DNA of 63,971 bases, counting the filler, from Kipferlia bialata (taxonomy: Eukaryota): the NCBI GenBank assembly GCA_003568945.1. It is 3 parts of 2 records of this genome, joined end to end, with 100 filler letters (N's around TTAATTAATTAA, not from the genome) between each part and the next. Parts side by side here need not be neighbours in the genome. Positions count along the whole stretch, not along the records: positions 35,537 to 63,971 come from BDIP01000050.1; 2 more parts are not named here. One strand, given 5' to 3'. A model generated the notes under the pieces. That model worked only from the letters and a program-made list of their open reading frames with translations. It was not told where the DNA came from and searched no databases. Below are positions 37,064-52,000 of this stretch, piece after piece; the stretch's first letter is position 1, and each line of letters opens with the position of its first letter. Position numbers and translations under genes: made by a program.

Positions 37064-40000
37064 TCAGTCTCTCCCCTCCAGCAGGTGCCTGACCACTCCT
37101 AGCACACCCTCACCTATAACAGAGGGTATGGGGAGGGGAGGGGCAGAGCGGACCTGGGGTGAGTCAATAGGATGTCTAGGTACAGGTAGAATAGAATCCT
37201 CCTACAATACTGAGACACTTCAGAGGGAGGTAGGGATGAAAGAGAGAGTGTATGTGTGTATACATACACATGTGTGTGTGCGTACCTCCCCCCTCTGCAG
37301 TCTGTCTGTGACATATGTCAGGATGGCAGAGTCAGACGGGAACACCCTGAGAGTGAGAGGGAGAGAGGCGGGGAGAAGAGGGTTATATAACCCTGGGTGC
37401 CATACCTGACCACACTAGTCTGGGTAGTGTTGGCGGCACTCTCTAGCAGTCGCTGCAGATCCTGGGGGTCAGGCACACAAACTGACAGATTACCACGTCA
37501 GGGTGAATACATAATACATATAGTAGAGAATGTATGATTGTACGTGTTAACAGAGTGGTCTGTTGTATACTCATGTGTGCGTACCTCTCCAGTATCTCTC
37601 AATATGTATAAATATGTATATATGCATATGTACCTGTCCAGTGCATGGGCCATCGTTCAGAGAGTACGGGTTGGGGGCCTGGGGTGAGGAACAGGTGATC
37701 AATGTGAATGTGATCACAATAGAGACGTGTCTATAAAAACCATACACCACGCACTATTCCTCCATGCTTATCCGAACGCGTCAAGAAATTATATATCTAA
37801 AAAAAATTGTACTATACTATTCGAGACAATGAATCCCACCTGTCTGAACGTGTCGTCCCAGTGGAACTCGTCCACCAGAGTGACCCTGCCCTGAGTACCC
37901 TCACTCATGCTGTCATAGTGGAACACCTCCTAGGGTGAGTGTATAGAGGATATATATAGGGAATATAATGTGGGGAATAGTATATACTGTTTTGGTGGAA
38001 CACCCCCTGGGGTTGAGACGGTATACATAGAGGGTATAAATGGCAAGCACTAGTACTATCTATCCACCACCACACACCTGCATGTTGATATCGTAGCACT
38101 CCGCCCTGTCGTGGTGTGATATGGTATGCACCAGTGTGGCCAGGGGCTTGTGGTCAGCCTCCCCTGCCTCCTCTCCATCTGCAACAGGGACAGTGGGGGC
38201 AGTGCTCTGCCTCTGCCTCTCTCTCTGCTCCTCCTGAGACAGAAGGGTGAAGAGAATGGCAGCGGCCACCTCCTTCACTGGGTTGCCCACACCTGCAAAG
38301 GCAAAGAGGTGGTAGCAGATGCTGAGCTGGGGGTCAGGTACGGAATGGTACAACGCTGCTGCATTCGTCTTTAACCAATGGAAGAATACTAAACCATATG
38401 AAAAAGAGATATAGATGAATGGATACCATAATTACTGTGTCGCACCATGCTGACTGGGACCACCACGTCATGGTACTCATAGACACAGGCCACGGGGGCA
38501 GCATCCATATCATCATCATCACTCAGAGGCAGGGCTGGGGGTTAGGTGGAGGGGGGGGATATAGTAACTATTTTGGAGACACCTCCACCCATACCTGCGT
38601 CTGTCTCATCCTCCTCCTGCAGCACCCTGTACTTACGCGTCTCCTGGCAGAGAGTCTCACTATATACCTGGGGGTGAGTAAGGCATAGAAGGGTCAATCA
38701 AATGTAGTATAGGCTACTTGCGTTGGCACAGAGGAGGTGTGAGCAAGAGCAGCTGTACACATTCATATCTATGACACGCAGGCGACGAACCGTGTGAAGG
38801 GATGGCTCTCTCCTCAGAGCCCTCAGCAACAGCACCAGGACAGACTTGACCTGGAGGGTGAGACAAGGATGAGACACAGTGGGACAGAGAGAGAGGAGCT
38901 TCAAACATCCAAGGGGTTAGGAACCCTAAGATCACTCTCAAGCACTAGTATATACCAGCCTTACCTGAGCCTCAGCGAGTGTGGGCACTGCCTGGCCCTC
39001 TGCACTCTCTCTCTCTCTCCTCTCCCTGGTCTCTCTCTCCTCCTCCGTCTCCCCCTCCCTCTCTGGGGAGTTCTTCACAACAGACGAGTCATTGGACACC
39101 TCATACTTCCTGAGGGTAAGGGAGAGTGGAACACAGTACCCGTGAGTATATACACTACCACACACACCTTACTGCCTCTATGCACATGAGAGTGAAGTGT
39201 CTGTTGGAGGCCAGCCAGGCCCCAAAGCCTGAGGTGCGGGACAGGTGCACAAGCATCTAGGGGTATGAGAGAGAGTATTAAGGGGGATATATCAGAAAGA
39301 CAGCCACACTCCTCTAGCACTATCATTGCAACTAGCTCCATTCTATCAACGCAGGTGTGATATCGGTGTGACATGGTGTGTGTGTCATATGTGTCAGTAC
39401 CTGCAGTGCCAGCCCCACCGACCCCTGTCTGAGTGCCATGGGTAGGACTATGTCAGTCAGGGCAGCGGCATGGGTGCGGGACAGATGCTCACACAGCACA
39501 GGCACCTGGGGGTTAATAGGATAAGTGTGTACATATCATATGTATGTACATATCATATGGATGTACATATCACAAGGATGTACATATCATATGGATGCTC
39601 ACACAGCACAGACACCTGGGGTTGGAAGTGTACTCATATACATACAGCACTACACAAGTACCTTCATGAGGTAGAGCAGTGCCTGGAGCAGCAGGTCGTG
39701 TCTGTCCCCCCCTGCCCCCTCTGTCAGTGCCTGTATCACACTGGAGATGGCAGCGGTGGTGCGGAGGGGGATGACAGGCATGTGGGAGGTGAGGTACACG
39801 TACCTGAGGTGAGGGTACAAATGATACGGGGAGCTCAAGTGATGAATGATGAACCATCTACTGGTATGATACTCCCACGTACTCACTGACTAGGAACCCG
39901 TCCAGCTCCACAATGGCACTGTCCTGGGGAGTGTCTGCTGGAGTGGCCTCTCCTCTGAAGGGGTGGGCAACGTTATAGAACACAATGGAGGCCTGAGAAT

Positions 40001-43000
40001 GAGAGACATGTCAATGAACAGATGTACCACTAGTATAGTACGTCGGTGTGATAGTTGTATAGTACGCATCTGTACCTCAGGTTCCGATGATGGGTCCTTA
40101 CACCTCTCCACTAGGGTGTTGGTGTGGCGCAGCAGAGACGCAGCGGCCCTCTGCCTCTCTCTCTCTGTCCAGTGGATGTGGTCCAGCTTGGAGTCACGCT
40201 CATACCTGTGGGGTCAGTGGCAGTGACCATACACAGAAGGTACTAAATGAGTTAGAGGTCAACGTTACCTGGCTCTGACTCTCTCTGTTTTCTTCTCTGC
40301 AGCTAAAGACACCGCCAGGGAGAGGGGGAGGAAGGAGGTGAGACCCGGCAGAACAGACGAGTGGTTCCTAAGGGGTCAGGGGAAGGTGTATATGACAGGG
40401 GTATATGCAGCACACCGTCTCTTCATGATGATGCGTTACTAGCACTCACCTCATGACGTTGACCAGGGCTGTGTGTGCCACATGGGCAGTGTCATCCTGG
40501 GGTCAGAGAGACGGGTGATGAGTAACCACCATACACATACAGATATATAGACACGTCAGACACATGTAGATGCCCACTATATATATATATATATATGTGT
40601 GTGTATACGTATCCACCCACCTGTGGGTGGCATAGTGCCAGGTGCACAAGAGAGTACACAGGCCACACTGGGTTGCCCTGGCCCACGTCAATGGAACTGG
40701 GGTGAGGGTATAGTAGGGTCAGTAACGAGAACATGAAGAGCAGAATTCACACATATATCAACATATCGGATACATGCACCCCCTGACCTGACGTCTGACA
40801 GGAGTGTCAGCAGCATATGTTGTCTGGTAGGGGGTGTAGGGGGGGAAGGGCCAGTGTACAGGGCGGGTATCTGGTGGGGTCTCTCCATGGAGAGCAGGTT
40901 GGTGGCCCTGGGGTGAGACGGAAGGGGGTAAATGGCATACTGCTGGACAAGACACCCCACCTGATGACAATACCATTGATGGTGTCGGTGGCTGTGTCTG
41001 TGTCACATGTCCAGCTGGGTCTGTCTGACATGGACACACCGGTGTCAGGGGCAAAGCATGGGTGAGGGGGGAGAGGAAGCAACAATAATTCTATTAATGC
41101 CAAACGGCTATTAACAGATAGAGCTGGGAGAGAGACGGCAACTGTATATCCACCGATACCTGTCAGGGCACACAGCAGCAGTCTCTTCAGCACCAGGGGC
41201 TGCTCCACAGCCTTGGCCCTGGGGAAGGGACAGAGGAAGGAGGCAACCTGGGGGTGAACGGGTTATAGGAAGAGAGAGACTTAGGTTTCCACATCAGCCT
41301 AGTTTCTAGCATATACTGTACCGCTCACCTTCCTCTCACTGGGAGACATTGATGCACTTGCCCTCTGCCTCTCCCCCTCCTCCCTGGAGATACCCACCAG
41401 GGCAGCAGATGCCATACTGGACAGACACTCCTGGGCTGGGGTGGCAGTGTCAGCCAGGGACAGGAGGAGCAGGTGCATGATGGTGGATGTGGATCTGGGG
41501 GTAGAGGGGGGGAGAGTGGCACGACAGGTTGGGTGTATCATAGTTCACGTGCGATTCCAGTATTGTTATATCAATGGTGTCTACGCTACATACCTCATGA
41601 GTCCAGCACATGTAGATCTGTCGTCTGCACACAGCACTACAGCCACACCCAGACACAGGGTCAGCCTCCTAACAGTGGAGGCATCTGAGAGGGCATAGAC
41701 AGACCCTGGGGTGAGAGGGAGTGAGAGAAAGAGTGAGGTGTCACTGTTGACTATTACGCTTCGATGGCATGCATCATCCACACGGTAACAGCACTCACTG
41801 TGCATACAGCATAGTGTGCACATACCTGCATGAAGGCACTGGGTGTACTCGGTGTCACTTGCAGTGAGGAGTGCCGTGATGGTGTCTGATATGGTATCCA
41901 CGCACAGCCTGGCCACTTGCTCCCTGCCCTCTGCCTCTCTCCTTCTGGTCTCTCTCTCTCTCTCTCCCTCCTCAGCTGTAGAGACACAGACATGGGTGGA
42001 GAGGGTGGGGAGGGCGGCAGGGTAGGAGAGAGAGGGGTCGGTGTGGATGGTCACCTCCTGCTGTGAGACACCCAGGTGATATGTGCTAGTATGTATATCC
42101 ATATATACATCATACCCTTGTGGTTGGTGCAGCCACTGTGGGTGTCTTGGCCTTGCCCCTCCCAAACAGACCCTTCCTCGATGGCTGGGTGTAAGGGGGA
42201 GAAGAGTGCATTGCTATTATGCCCATGTTATGCCCATGTTATGATACTGCTACTCACCGACATTCACACTAACTTCACATCATAAAGATTAAGGAATATT
42301 CATCACATAGACATCCATACCTTTGCACTTGCTGTGGTGGGTGTGGGTGTGATAGCCACAGTCTCTGTCCTGGTCTCTCCCCCATGCAGACATGATAGAA
42401 GGACCTAAGAGTAAGATGTGACACATACAAACCGCTAAAAGAACGATCATGAGGAGGGTATGACAGGATGTGAATGCCGTACCTGAGCACCGACTACAGA
42501 CAGGTACACCACTCTCTCCCTCTCTCCCTCCTGCCTTGGTAGCATCAGAGGGATCTCAGTACGGGGATGCCTAGGGGTCAGAGGAATAGTGCAAGAAATC
42601 GCTACGTACCCCTTGGAGCCTTGCCTGATGTTTGTGAGTATCCTGACACTGGATCTGTCCTTGGAGGACGGGAGCAGCATGATGGTGCGCTGGATGTCGG
42701 ATATCCTGGGGGTGAGAGGGATATATGAGGAAAACACACAATGCTGCAAATCATCCAGATACACAACCATAATCTGTATCAAGAGTAGAGATAGACACCA
42801 TGCCCACCTCTCTTCCACCACGCCCAGGTGCCACACCGAGTTGTACTCTATCCTAGTGGCCATGAGTACAGTGGCAAAGCACTGTGCGGCAGCCTTGAGG
42901 GAGGGGCCAGTGAGGGTCTGAGGTCAGAGGAGAGAAGGGGTGGAGAGTGTATTGATGCAACTGGATGTAGATACTGTCGCACTACCCTACATACAGCAAT

Positions 43001-46000
43001 TCACCTCCCCCTCTGGTATGAGTGCCTGTGCTATGGCCGGGGACAGCACTGCACACACCACGGACCAACAGTCAGACAGGGCCTGACGGGGGGTGGCCTT
43101 GGTAGACACGGCAGGCGAGGCAGAGGCAGAGGGGGTGGTGACACTCTCTGCCCCACTCTCCGTCTCAGTCTCTGTCTCAGTCTCTCTTGCTATGCAGTGG
43201 GCAAGGCGGCACAGGATGCTGGCGCCTATGGTGCCTGGGGGTAAGGTAAGTGAATACATGTGAATGACCAGCCCTGACAGAACATGATGCATACCTAGCC
43301 TCCTGAGCTCCGGTGTCATCTCAACCACCCCCTCATCCACATAGACAGGGGAGGCAGGGGACAGTACGCTGGTGGAGGCAGGGGTGCCTGGCGGTTAAAC
43401 AAGAGGTATCAGATAGAGAGAGTAGGGTATATAGTTACTCACCCATCTGTGGGGGTGTGACGCCTGTGTCATCGTCCCCATCCAGCACAGGGACAGCACT
43501 CTGCTGGGCCAGTCTCTCTCTCTCCTCCCTCTCGGCTCTCTCCGTAGCAGAGACAGACAGGTATCTGCGGTCAGACAGAGTAGAGCAAAGATCTGTATGA
43601 ATGGTACAACCCCCCCCCACCTGTTCCGTCTCTCTGTCTGCATGGCGTGTCTGGCTCTGTTCAGCACATACAGCAGCACAAACAGCAGGACACCCTGGGA
43701 CACAAGGGCACCCACACCGGCCTGGCATGTAAGGGGGATGGATATATATAGAGAGAGAGTGACATGGTTGGGGACTGACTCCTGTGCATACACTCACCCT
43801 GGAGTTGCTGAGGGTAGACACCAGCTGCAGGGCCCTCTCTGCATGGGCACTGCCCTTCAGACCTGGAGGTGGGAGAGAGGGTACATACGCATATGAGAAT
43901 TGAAGGTCTGGGTGCATCTTCTAGAATGAACCCCCCTTACCTGCGACCTCTCTTCCCTCAAACACTAGGTCTGAGTAGAGACTGGCTGCTATGCCGGAGA
44001 GCAGACCATACTTGATGGAAATGGCATCTCCCTGGGGTAAGACATAAGCATACAGTATATATAGAGTGTGTGTGTTGTGTAGGTGGAACACACTCACCTC
44101 GGGGTGGGACACCAGTAGTACCCTCAGAGCAGCCACAAGAACCATGTTGAGCCTGAGGGGTGAGACACAGACTGACAGACACGGACACACCCACTCATAT
44201 GCATACATACCTGGTCAGTGCGTCCAGCCACTCTGCCTCCTGTACCAGGGAGGGGGAGTCAGCAGGGAGCTCCTTCTGCTGGCGCTAGGGTAAGGGAGAT
44301 ACAAAACTACTAATTATTGGGGTACACGATGACGTATCCACTCCTCCCCTTTACCTGATGGGCGTTCCCCCTCTTGACCAGCAGGACAGATGACACAGAG
44401 TACAGCTGGGACAGGGACCGGACGGCACGGGCCTGAAGGTGAGAGAGATAATTGGACAATGGGACACCGAACAGAGCAACCAGCTGAGTGTCTCTCCAAA
44501 GTAAGTATTGATAACGGTATCGCATCCCCCACCTGCTCGTCTCTGAATGTGTCCATCAGCTCAGACAGGGACTCGGCAATCTCATGCGACATGTACCTGG
44601 GGGTGGGTGGAGAGGGAGGTACATACTACCATAGCCAACACGCAGCAGCCAGTGCACCCAGATGCACTTAAATATATACCTACATATACCGTACCCGCTG
44701 TATATACATACAAACATACACACCCCATACATAAATATATACATACATATACCGTACCCACTGTATATACATACACACATATGGAACCCATACCTACTGT
44801 TCATAGTGTCGAGTGCGTCGTGTCTGTTCATGGATGCTGCCCTGACCGACGTGATACCGGCTGCCAGGGCCCTGATGCCAGAGGATGACATCTCAGATAG
44901 GGAGAAGGAGCCTGGGGTGGGGTGGGTGGATACATATATACCGTGGATGGATAGGCTATATATACACCCCACACCTTGGCTGGACACCCTGGCTGACTTG
45001 AGCACCCTAGTGATGAGGGGGCCATACACAGAGACAAGGGTCCTGGAGGGTGAGAGGGGCATAGTGGAATAGAACAAGGTAATATACAGGATATGGTCCC
45101 ATACCTCTGGTATGCCAGGATGGACTCAAAGGAGGAGAGCATCCTGGCTCTGATGACATCTGGGTGCAGAAGGACCTATGGGGTGAGGGTATATACATGG
45201 GAGACTAAATACAACCGGCACAGTGATAACACCCCCTACACTCACCTTCATGTCGTCTGTGAGCAGGACAGACACCCCACTGCCCCCACTCAGAAGGGCT
45301 GCCCTCTCCAGCTTGGAGTGGGTGTCGCCATAGGAGGCAGACAGGGACCTGATGATAAGTGGGCTGAGAGGTAGGGTGGCATGTATGGGGGATTGACGCA
45401 GTACCTGTAGTGCTGTATCTCCTTCTGCAGCAGTGCCTGTGCGTGTGTGAGACAGAAGGTGACTGAGAGAGACAGGGCCTCTGCGTCTGCCTCTGCCGAT
45501 GCCTCTCTCTCTCTCTCAGAGACGGCAGAGGCAGAGATACCACTGCGGGCACGCTCCTTCTCTCTCTCCCTGTCTCTCTTCTTCCTGAGGGTTGGACGAG
45601 AAAAGGGGGTCAGTGATAAAGAACCAAAGAACTACATCGTTTCATACGATACTACACTGCTATATACCACTGCAATGTGCATATGCACCCCCACCTGCTC
45701 TTTGTCATGGATGTGCTCTCACTGAGTAGCATGGACACATCGGCCAGGGTGAGGTCGAGGGTGATGCCGGGGGTGTCGTAGTCTGCTAGGAGGTGTCTGG
45801 GGGTGAGGCAGTTCAGAAACAGTTCCACTCCACATATGTCATAGATGTATATGTGGGTACCTGATGTAGATGCCTCCCACCCTCATCTCTGTCTGCAGGG
45901 ATGGGTATGTCACCTTGGGCACAGTGGTCACATCCAGAGGGGAGACAGACCCAGACAGCACAGATGAGTAGTACGACCTGGGGGTCAGAGGGAAGGGTCG

Positions 46001-49000
46001 GGTGTAAGTATACACACTGTGACTCTCTCATATGTAAGATATGTGATATGATGTCACCTTGTCGCCAGTCTGATGCACTGCCTCAGGTGCTGCCTCATGT
46101 CTGTACCCCACACCGCATCGTATCTCGTGTACTCATCGGCACCGAAGATGCCTGGGGTGAGAGATAGATATGTGTGTGTGTGTGAGATCTTCGATACCAA
46201 ATTCATGGGCCTAGGACATGAGAGAGAGTGTGGTATTGACTCACCGCTGAATGCACTGGCATCTCTCTTCAGCTTCCTAATGAATGCAGCTGGTATCAGG
46301 CTCTCAATTGCTGCAGCATTGGCGTCATACTGCACAGCCTGGGGGTGGGGTGGGACACGGAGGCAAGGCCTAATAATAGTACACTTCGCAGTTACCAAGT
46401 ACCTTCTCGAGCAGAGACCCCACTGCGTCCAGGTGGGTGTGCCCTGGGTAGAGGAGGAGGAGGGGGAAGAGCCCTGTGGCATGGAGGGTGGGGAGGAACA
46501 CACGGTTCCTAAGGGTGAGGGGTGAGGGGTGAGGGGCAGGGGTCAGTGAGTAAAGCACTTGAGAGTATGCATAAATGGTCATATCGCACTATACCTTGCA
46601 CACACTGCATCGTAGATGGCTATGATCCTTCCACTCAGGACATCATACCCGTCCAGGTCAGGGTGGGACAGGTGGGAGGACACACCTGGGGTGGGGAAAT
46701 AGAGAATATACATATATATCTGAACGTCCTGACCTAGAACGGCAAAGAGCAAGCTGTAGATCTCTGGGTCGATGAGCAGCCTCTTGATCCTGAGGTGAGG
46801 GAGTGAGTATATCAGGGAGACATCTATACATCTAGCTACCTCTGATTCTGGTATAGTACTGAGTACAAATAGGATATAGCACATTTCGCCTGTCTGTACC
46901 TGGGAATGGGTGCCAGCACCCTCTTCCTGTCGAATGCCTGGCATGCATTGCCCAGCACCTCCACCACAGTGAGTAGGGCAGAGACTAGGCCGATGTCATC
47001 GGTGTAGGGCAGGGCCATGTCCTACAGGGTAAGTATATGGGGCATAGAGGGAGATGAGGGGGGCATGTCTAATCATTCCTACACTCGCCAATACCTGTGC
47101 CTCTCCCTGATCCTCAGCCTCCTCCTGTGACCCAGCCTCTGCCTCCTGTGGCTCCTCTGCCTCTCTCTCCCTCAGCACTGTGGGCACTATGCTGGTGATG
47201 GCCAGCCTCAGGATGTCTGCTCCCATGATGACTGACACACACTTCTGGGGGTGAGAGACAATGGCGGGTATGATACACCATCAGTCACTCTTACTTACTA
47301 GCACCACCCTACCTTAGAGTGTGCTATACACACGTTGAACAGGAGGATGAACAGGGACGCAGTGTACATGTCACTGGGGTGAGGGGTAGAAGCTGATAGA
47401 GAGGGTATGAGACGACACACCACTCACCCAGCCTGCAGTGTCTGCTTGAACAGCTGACAGCTCTCACTGATGAAGGGGAACAGCTCGGAGGAGGAGGAGT
47501 GGATAGACTCCCTGGGGGTGAGGGGGGGGATGATTGTGAGGTATGTGTGACTACCACCCACCTCCTCCCTGTCTGCCTGCACTGTATCCTCTCCTGTGCA
47601 CGTACATGCACCAGCATGGCCATAGTGTATATGCAGGCAGCACGGACACGCCTGCGGGTGAGACACTCACACACTGATTCTATCACTACCTAGCTTTGCC
47701 CTTGTCTCTGTACAACTATCAGCCCCTATACCCATCATAAGTGTCCCCTCACCTAGACTCTGCCCTGACCAGCCTGAGGAATGCAGCCATCATCAGGTCA
47801 TCATACCTGGGGGGTGAGACATAGGTAGATAGAGGTAGATACAGGCAGATATAGGTAGATAGAGGAAGGGAGGAACTCACAACATGCGTATCTCTGAATT
47901 CGTACCCTTCTGCGACCACGTCCACCATGGGAGCCACGTCACATGCCACTGTGTCGCTGCCCCCTGTCTTGACCATGGCATCGTGGATGCCAAGGGACAG
48001 GGAGAGAGATAGAAGGTGCGACAGGAAGAAGGGGCCAACCAGGATGTTGCTGGGGTGGGATATAAGCAGAGAGGTATACATAGAGTGTATTAATTACCAG
48101 AACGCTTTCATACCTGTGTGTGGACGTGTACTGCACACTGAACTCCCAGTAGTTCCAACACAGCTCCTCATCGGTGCGGATGCTCTGCTCTGACGGGGTA
48201 AGGAAGGGGATGGTGATGGTGACCACACCTCTCACACATTCTACGATATATATAGCACCCACCTACTGTGAACAGGTCCAATTCCTCCTGTAGGGCATGC
48301 ACCAACTCCTGGGTGGTAAGAAGAAGTACATAGTGCGAGCAGAGACTTTCAATATCCACACACATACACCCTTATCCCCATACCTGCCTCGTCTCCTCAT
48401 GCCACACCAGAGTGGGGGAGGTGTGGGTCTGGAACAAGGACTGGAACAGACCCCTGTGGATGAGGGATAGGACTCATTGTACAAATGTGTGGTGTACTGT
48501 TGGATGTATATATGCATGTGCCGCACCTCCAGTTCCCCTTGGGATATCCCCTGAGTGACCCGTGCCACTCAGTGCCCTCTATGGGTAAAGGCTCTGTCCT
48601 CTCCCTGTCCCTGCCTGCCACACTAGGGGAGAGAGAGAGCGGGGCAGGGGTGGATGGGGCCTCAGGGAGAGAGAGGGTCTTAAGCAGAGGCAGGGGGAGT
48701 GCACGCTCCAGAATGGACATGGAAGACTGACTGCCCTGTAACAGACATGCTGGGGGTAAGGAGGGAGAGGGGGGGAGTATGAGTGTGCTAGTACAACCCA
48801 CCTAGCAGCTGGCTACTGGCTGTCTTTGTGCCGGACAGGGGGGACACAAGAACAAGGCTAGGGTGAGAAGGAAGGGAAGTACAGGTTGGTAAACACACAT
48901 ATATATGCAATAACCAAGAGAGCAAGGCTGCTTGAGAAACCCCACACCTCAGCAGCTGTAGGATAACGGCCCTATCTCTGGCCTTGCTCCTGACCAGGGT

Positions 49001-52000
49001 CTGCTGCGAGACAGGGGTCAGGGGGTCCTGGATGGTAAGCAGAGCAGGAAAGGGGTTGTTGTATTGATTATAGTGATGCACTATCTCCACCTGCATGATT
49101 CCTCTGAGTATGTCACTGCTGGGCTGGGAGAGAGAGAGAGACAGGGTGGGGGCCAGGGTGGCCAGCACAAACAGCATGTCCACGTTCTCAGTCAGGATGG
49201 TGATGAGGGCACACCGCCAGCTGGGGTGAGGGGTAGAATTGAAATCATAAAGATAGCATATATATACGAACTAGTTTATCAGGAAGACATCCCAATGCAG
49301 GTGTACCTGATCCCCTTGTCCTTGAACAACAGAACATGAACTGGTATAGTATATATAGCACTGAGTAGACAGCTGCCCAGTGTGCGTGTACCTGATCCCC
49401 TTGTCCGTGTCGGTGTCTGCAGGGGTAGGGGTGGGGCGTGCAGAGGGGTCGGCAGGGTCGGAGGGGGAGGGGGAGGGGGAGGGAGAGGGGGAGGGCTGGG
49501 GCTTGGCAGCCTGGGACAAGGAGAGGAACGGGAGGTGGGACCTGTGGGGTAAGGAATAGAGCAATGATTAACACCTAAGTAATACGCAAGGATTCTTTAC
49601 TCAGCTCACCGTACCTTGAGCACAGGATGTCTGAGCATGTGGACACCAGCACAGAGTCACACAGGACAGAGAGGACAGGGGGGGCAGACACTACATGCCT
49701 AGGGGTCAGTAGGTTGTATATGACATACATCTAATATACTAATACATACACAATCCAATACCTCTCTACGTTGACGTATGCAGCTGTCTGTGTGTCGTGT
49801 CCCTGGCTCTGCCTCTCTGCATACCCCTTAGCCCTGTCCATGCCCCTATTCAATAGGCTGTACAGCAGAGACAGCGTGGGGGAGGCCTGGGCGTCGGACA
49901 GCAGTCTCTCTCTGTTCTTGGCCTCCCACCCACATACAGTGCCTACATGGGTCCTGAGAGTCAGACACACTATATACATATGCATATGTACATATACAGA
50001 CATTCACCAGCTTGAGAGTGAACCATGACGATGTAGTAGAATGAAGTTGTGCAGCAGCATTGACATCACCTATCGACAGGTGCAAGTGAGCAGAACTGTA
50101 CCAAGGAGTCGTGGTACACAGGGAAGGTGTCGTCGGTTGCCTTGGATGTCTTGCCTGTCTCATCAGTGGCATACACAAAGTAGCTCTGCCCACTGACCCA
50201 GACGGTGGAGTACCCCTCCCTGGGCCGCTCCTTCTCTCTCTCCCTCTCTCTACCTCTCTCACCCACTGTGCACCAGGAGTAAGACAGAACAGCTGGGGGT
50301 GAGGAGGGTGAGGCAAGGCGGTAGGTAGACAACTATATCATGTGGAAGTGAGCAATATCATAGGTACCTCTCATGAGTGCTGCGGCATAGAGTGCCACCC
50401 CCCTCGAGGGTGACTGTACCATGCCCTGGAACACAGACACGGCGGTGGGGGACTTACCAGTGGCCCTGGGGGTGAGGCAAACAATGAAGACGGATAGATA
50501 GTATTGGTAACATGTCAGACTGAAACATATAGACAGGGTAGCTATAACACATACGTACCTATAGACACTGGGACATGCCAGGAGGGACAGCATGCAGGAC
50601 AGGAGTAGGTGGGTGGCAGCTGGGCACGCATAGGTGTCGATGGCAACCATGGTGTTAAGCAGTTCGGAGAACACACGGGCCTGTTGGTCACTATGCATAA
50701 TCGTTAGAAAATCTGTGATTAACTACATGAGACGATACCTGTGCGAATGGCGGCACTCTGTTCCTGGGCTGGAAGGCTATGTAGTCTGCCATTGTCCCCA
50801 CATACCCCTCACACAGCCTGTCTCTCTGGGCCTCCTGCCTCTCCCCTTGGTCCTAAGGGTGAGGGACTACATACTCACTCACAGGACGTGACACATATAA
50901 TATACACAGCCCACCATACCTGAGGGTTGGGATGGTCGCTGGACATGGTCAGAGAGGCCAGGTCGGTGTAGATCCGCTCCTGTACGTCCTGGAGTCAGAC
51001 ACCACTAATACGAAATGGCAAATCAACAGAGCCACCAAGGGTGATATACAAATCCCACTAACCTGGTGTATCTCTGTGTCGCCCCCTGGGATACCGGCCC
51101 TACCAGTGTGGAGGGCAAAGGCGGGGTTGGGTCTGAAGAGTGACAGGCGAGGGGTGGTGTGGTGACCAGCACACAGCTAGGGTTAGACAAATACAGACAC
51201 ACTACAGAGGAATATAAATGGATGTGGTTGTGTCACAAAGGACTCATTAGAGCACCTGCATAAGGTTGGAGACAAAGGACTCTCTCTGGGAGGACTGGGC
51301 TTCCCTCTCCTTCTCTCCCTCCTCAGGTGACGCAAACACCACAAAGAGAGAGGGTGAGCTGAGGGCAAGGGGTGATGAAGGGTGGGCAGAGTGGAGAGGG
51401 GCCAGACACAGCTCTACCGACAGTGGCAGGCGTCTGAGGGTTGTGACCCCCTCTCCCTGTGGCTGTGTATCGGCACCAGGGTCAGTACTCGTGTCCTCAG
51501 CTGTAGTGGGTGTACCACTGGGCACCTCTACCTCCTCACACTGCAGGGATACACTCCCCCCTGGAAGACCCCCAGCCCCATCTGCCAGCCTCACACACAC
51601 TGTCTCTCTCTCAGCCTCAGCCTCTCCCTCTGCGTCGTGCAGCACTATGCGGTCTATGTCTGTATACAGCACCGTGTCCACCATGTCTCTGCCACATCTG
51701 ACCAGCAGTGCCCTGTCCGTCAGGGTCAGGTCACACACCCTCCCGGCACCCAGGTAGGGAACAGGGCCATCCGGTACACTGGCAGCACTGGCTGAGTAGG
51801 GGGTGGGGGTGGTGACCGGGGAGACTGAGGTGGAGGTGGCGTAGAAGACTGCACTATCGGCCAGTACCCCCTGGGCACTAGCCAACACCCCTTCCTCTGG
51901 TACTGCCAGAGTGTCAGCATCAGGAGACAGCATGCAGAGAGAGGCAGGGTCAGGCAGAGTCACACCTGAGTAACGGAACATGCCGCCTGGAGGGTTAGAA

